This document shows, one piece after another, positions 36,917-38,096 of a stretch of 38,096 nt of DNA. Location: contig NZ_MWQY01000017.1 of NCBI RefSeq assembly GCF_002087085.1, positions 62,001-100,096 of the forward strand, written 5' to 3'. Position 1 is the stretch's first letter. Every line of letters starts with the position of its first letter. The position numbers and the translations under genes were made by a program. The notes beneath the pieces are model-generated. The model was given only the letters and a program-made list of their open reading frames with translations. It was not told the origin of the DNA and searched no databases.

Positions 36917-37879
36917 TTACAGACGTTCAGTGGACTCCATATCGATCTCCGGAAAAGGGTTTTCCCACTGCCAGCCGGTCTTAGCGGTACTGCGAAAACG
37001 TTCGATACGCCGTATGCTCAGTTCGGCATAGACGGGATCAATATCCATGGTGCAGCAGGGGAGCTGTGCTTTTTCCGCAGCCAGGAGGGTCGTGCCGGAA
37101 TGAGAGAAAAGATCCGCCACCACGGAGTTTCCCGGCGGGGGTGATGCCGTAAGAATCCGTTCCGCCGAAGCCAGGGGTTTTTGTGCATACGCTCCGGGGA
37201 CGTTTTCCTCCATACGGTAGAACACCTGCTGCATATCCACCCAGATGTTTCCGGGGCGAATACAGTCGCTTCTGCTGCGTTCCAGGTTTTCCTGCCTGCG
37301 GCCCCCCACGGTTTTATAGTACCCCTTCAGGATTTTTGGAATATCCGTGTAGACAACCTTGAATTCCGGTTTTCCCTTTACGTAGTACAGAAGTTCCTGA
37401 CGCAGGCTCATCCAGTTCTGCTGTGTACCGTAGCCGCGCTGGTTCCGCATGCTTATAAAGCTTCTGGACCTGAGGTCCCCATACTCCCTCAGCAGAATCA
37501 TGATCTCCGGGAGGGGCTGGAACCCGTCGTTCTGGTCCGCTCCGAGCCAGAGGTAGAAATGGGCATCTTTGTCCAGAAACGAAAGACTCGCGTCAAGCCA
37601 GCGCCGGGTAAATTCAACATATTCATCCGCGCTTTTTCTGGAGAGGGCTGCAGTGGGACGCCTTCCTACGGCGATGTTGTAGGGGGGATCGTTCAGCATG
37701 GTACCTATTCTGCGTCCCTTGAACAGCCTGTCCAGGAAATCGGGGTTCCCCGCATCACCGACACCCACCCGGTGCAGTCCTTCGGGGTCCTGCCATATCT
37801 CGCCCTCCTTGAGCCTGCAGTGGGGCAGGATGCGTTTCTTCAGTTCATTGTCCGTGTCCAGGCGGGGCAGTTTTTCCAT
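36917..37879 (-). CDS. beta-class N6-adenine/N4-cytosine DNA methyltransferase (no adjacent endonuclease seen)
   Basis: Motif IV NDPPY precedes QKP and motif I DLFSHSGTT, which is the beta order. Confidence 0.88.
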   Translation of the reverse strand: MEKLPRLDTDNELKKRILPHCRLKEGEIWQDPEGLHRVGVGDAGNPDFLDRLFKGRRIGTMLNDPPYNIAVGRRPTAALSRKSADEYVEFTRRWLDASLSFLDKDAHFYLWLGADQNDGFQPLPEIMILLREYGDLRSRSFISMRNQRGYGTQQNWMSLRQELLYYVKGKPEFKVVYTDIPKILKGYYKTVGGRRQENLERSRSDCIRPGNIWVDMQQVFYRMEENVPGAYAQKPLASAERILTASPPPGNSVVADLFSHSGTTLLAAEKAQLPCCTMDIDPVYAELSIRRIERFRSTAKTGWQWENPFPEIDMESTERL

Positions 37880-37931
37880 ACCCCCATGGTACAGTACTGT
37901 TTGCCGGCATTACCAGTCCCCTTTTTATAAA

Positions 37932-38065
37932 GGACACCTCTAAAAACGTGGTATTTTTACCAAAGTCAAGAAGGAAAGATTTTGTAGCGCCCGCAAACTC
38001 TTGTCGTAACAAGAGTTGAGGACCGCAGGAAATCTTGACGACGCAGGATATGGGAAAAAGAGTAG
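37932..38065. mobile_element. MITE-like element, copy 2 (inverted; one end truncated)
   Basis: Its reverse complement aligns closely with 19204-19333; TIR GGACACCTCTAAAAAC at 37932; similarity stops after ...AAAAGAGTAG at 38065. Confidence 0.8.
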
Positions 38066-38096
38066 ACAATATGAAGTGACCCCCAGTTTGCGAATC

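Noticed and set aside
31315..37879. dGTPase plus MTase (and the XPB helicase) as an anti-phage defence island
   Set aside because: Composition looks host-like, the neighbours are housekeeping genes, and there are no integrase, nuclease or other defence genes; the dGTPase looks like the ordinary short housekeeping type.

Overview
A housekeeping-rich chromosomal segment, most likely from a free-living anaerobic spirochaete. The inference rests on the rpsB-tsf-frr-uppS-cdsA-dxr-rseP order without pyrH, the TPR/MltD/SH3 envelope cluster and the XPB helicase pair. From left to right it holds the translation/isoprenoid operon, maf, an ABC-F gene, envelope genes, icd, an AroD-AroE fusion and the XPB pair. 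These are followed by an atypical PRPP synthetase-like gene with a GT4 glycosyltransferase, a putative outer-membrane beta-barrel, aroK-aroC, a REC-PAS-GGDEF-EAL protein and a dGTPase-like HD protein. The right end carries a small MshEN-like protein, the nrdR-nrdD-nrdX-nrdG operon and an apparently orphan DNA methyltransferase. The most notable system is a split class III ribonucleotide reductase. NrdD ends after its zinc-binding motif, and the glycyl-radical segment (RIVGY) is encoded by a separate 185-aa gene where it is fused to a CPNC redoxin domain; both proteins carry possible coiled-coil docking tails. Also notable are a 145-bp MITE-like element present in two copies with covarying stems, an AroD domain lacking its catalytic lysine, and several promoters placed for leaderless mRNAs. 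All calls come from motif reading by eye; no database searches were run.
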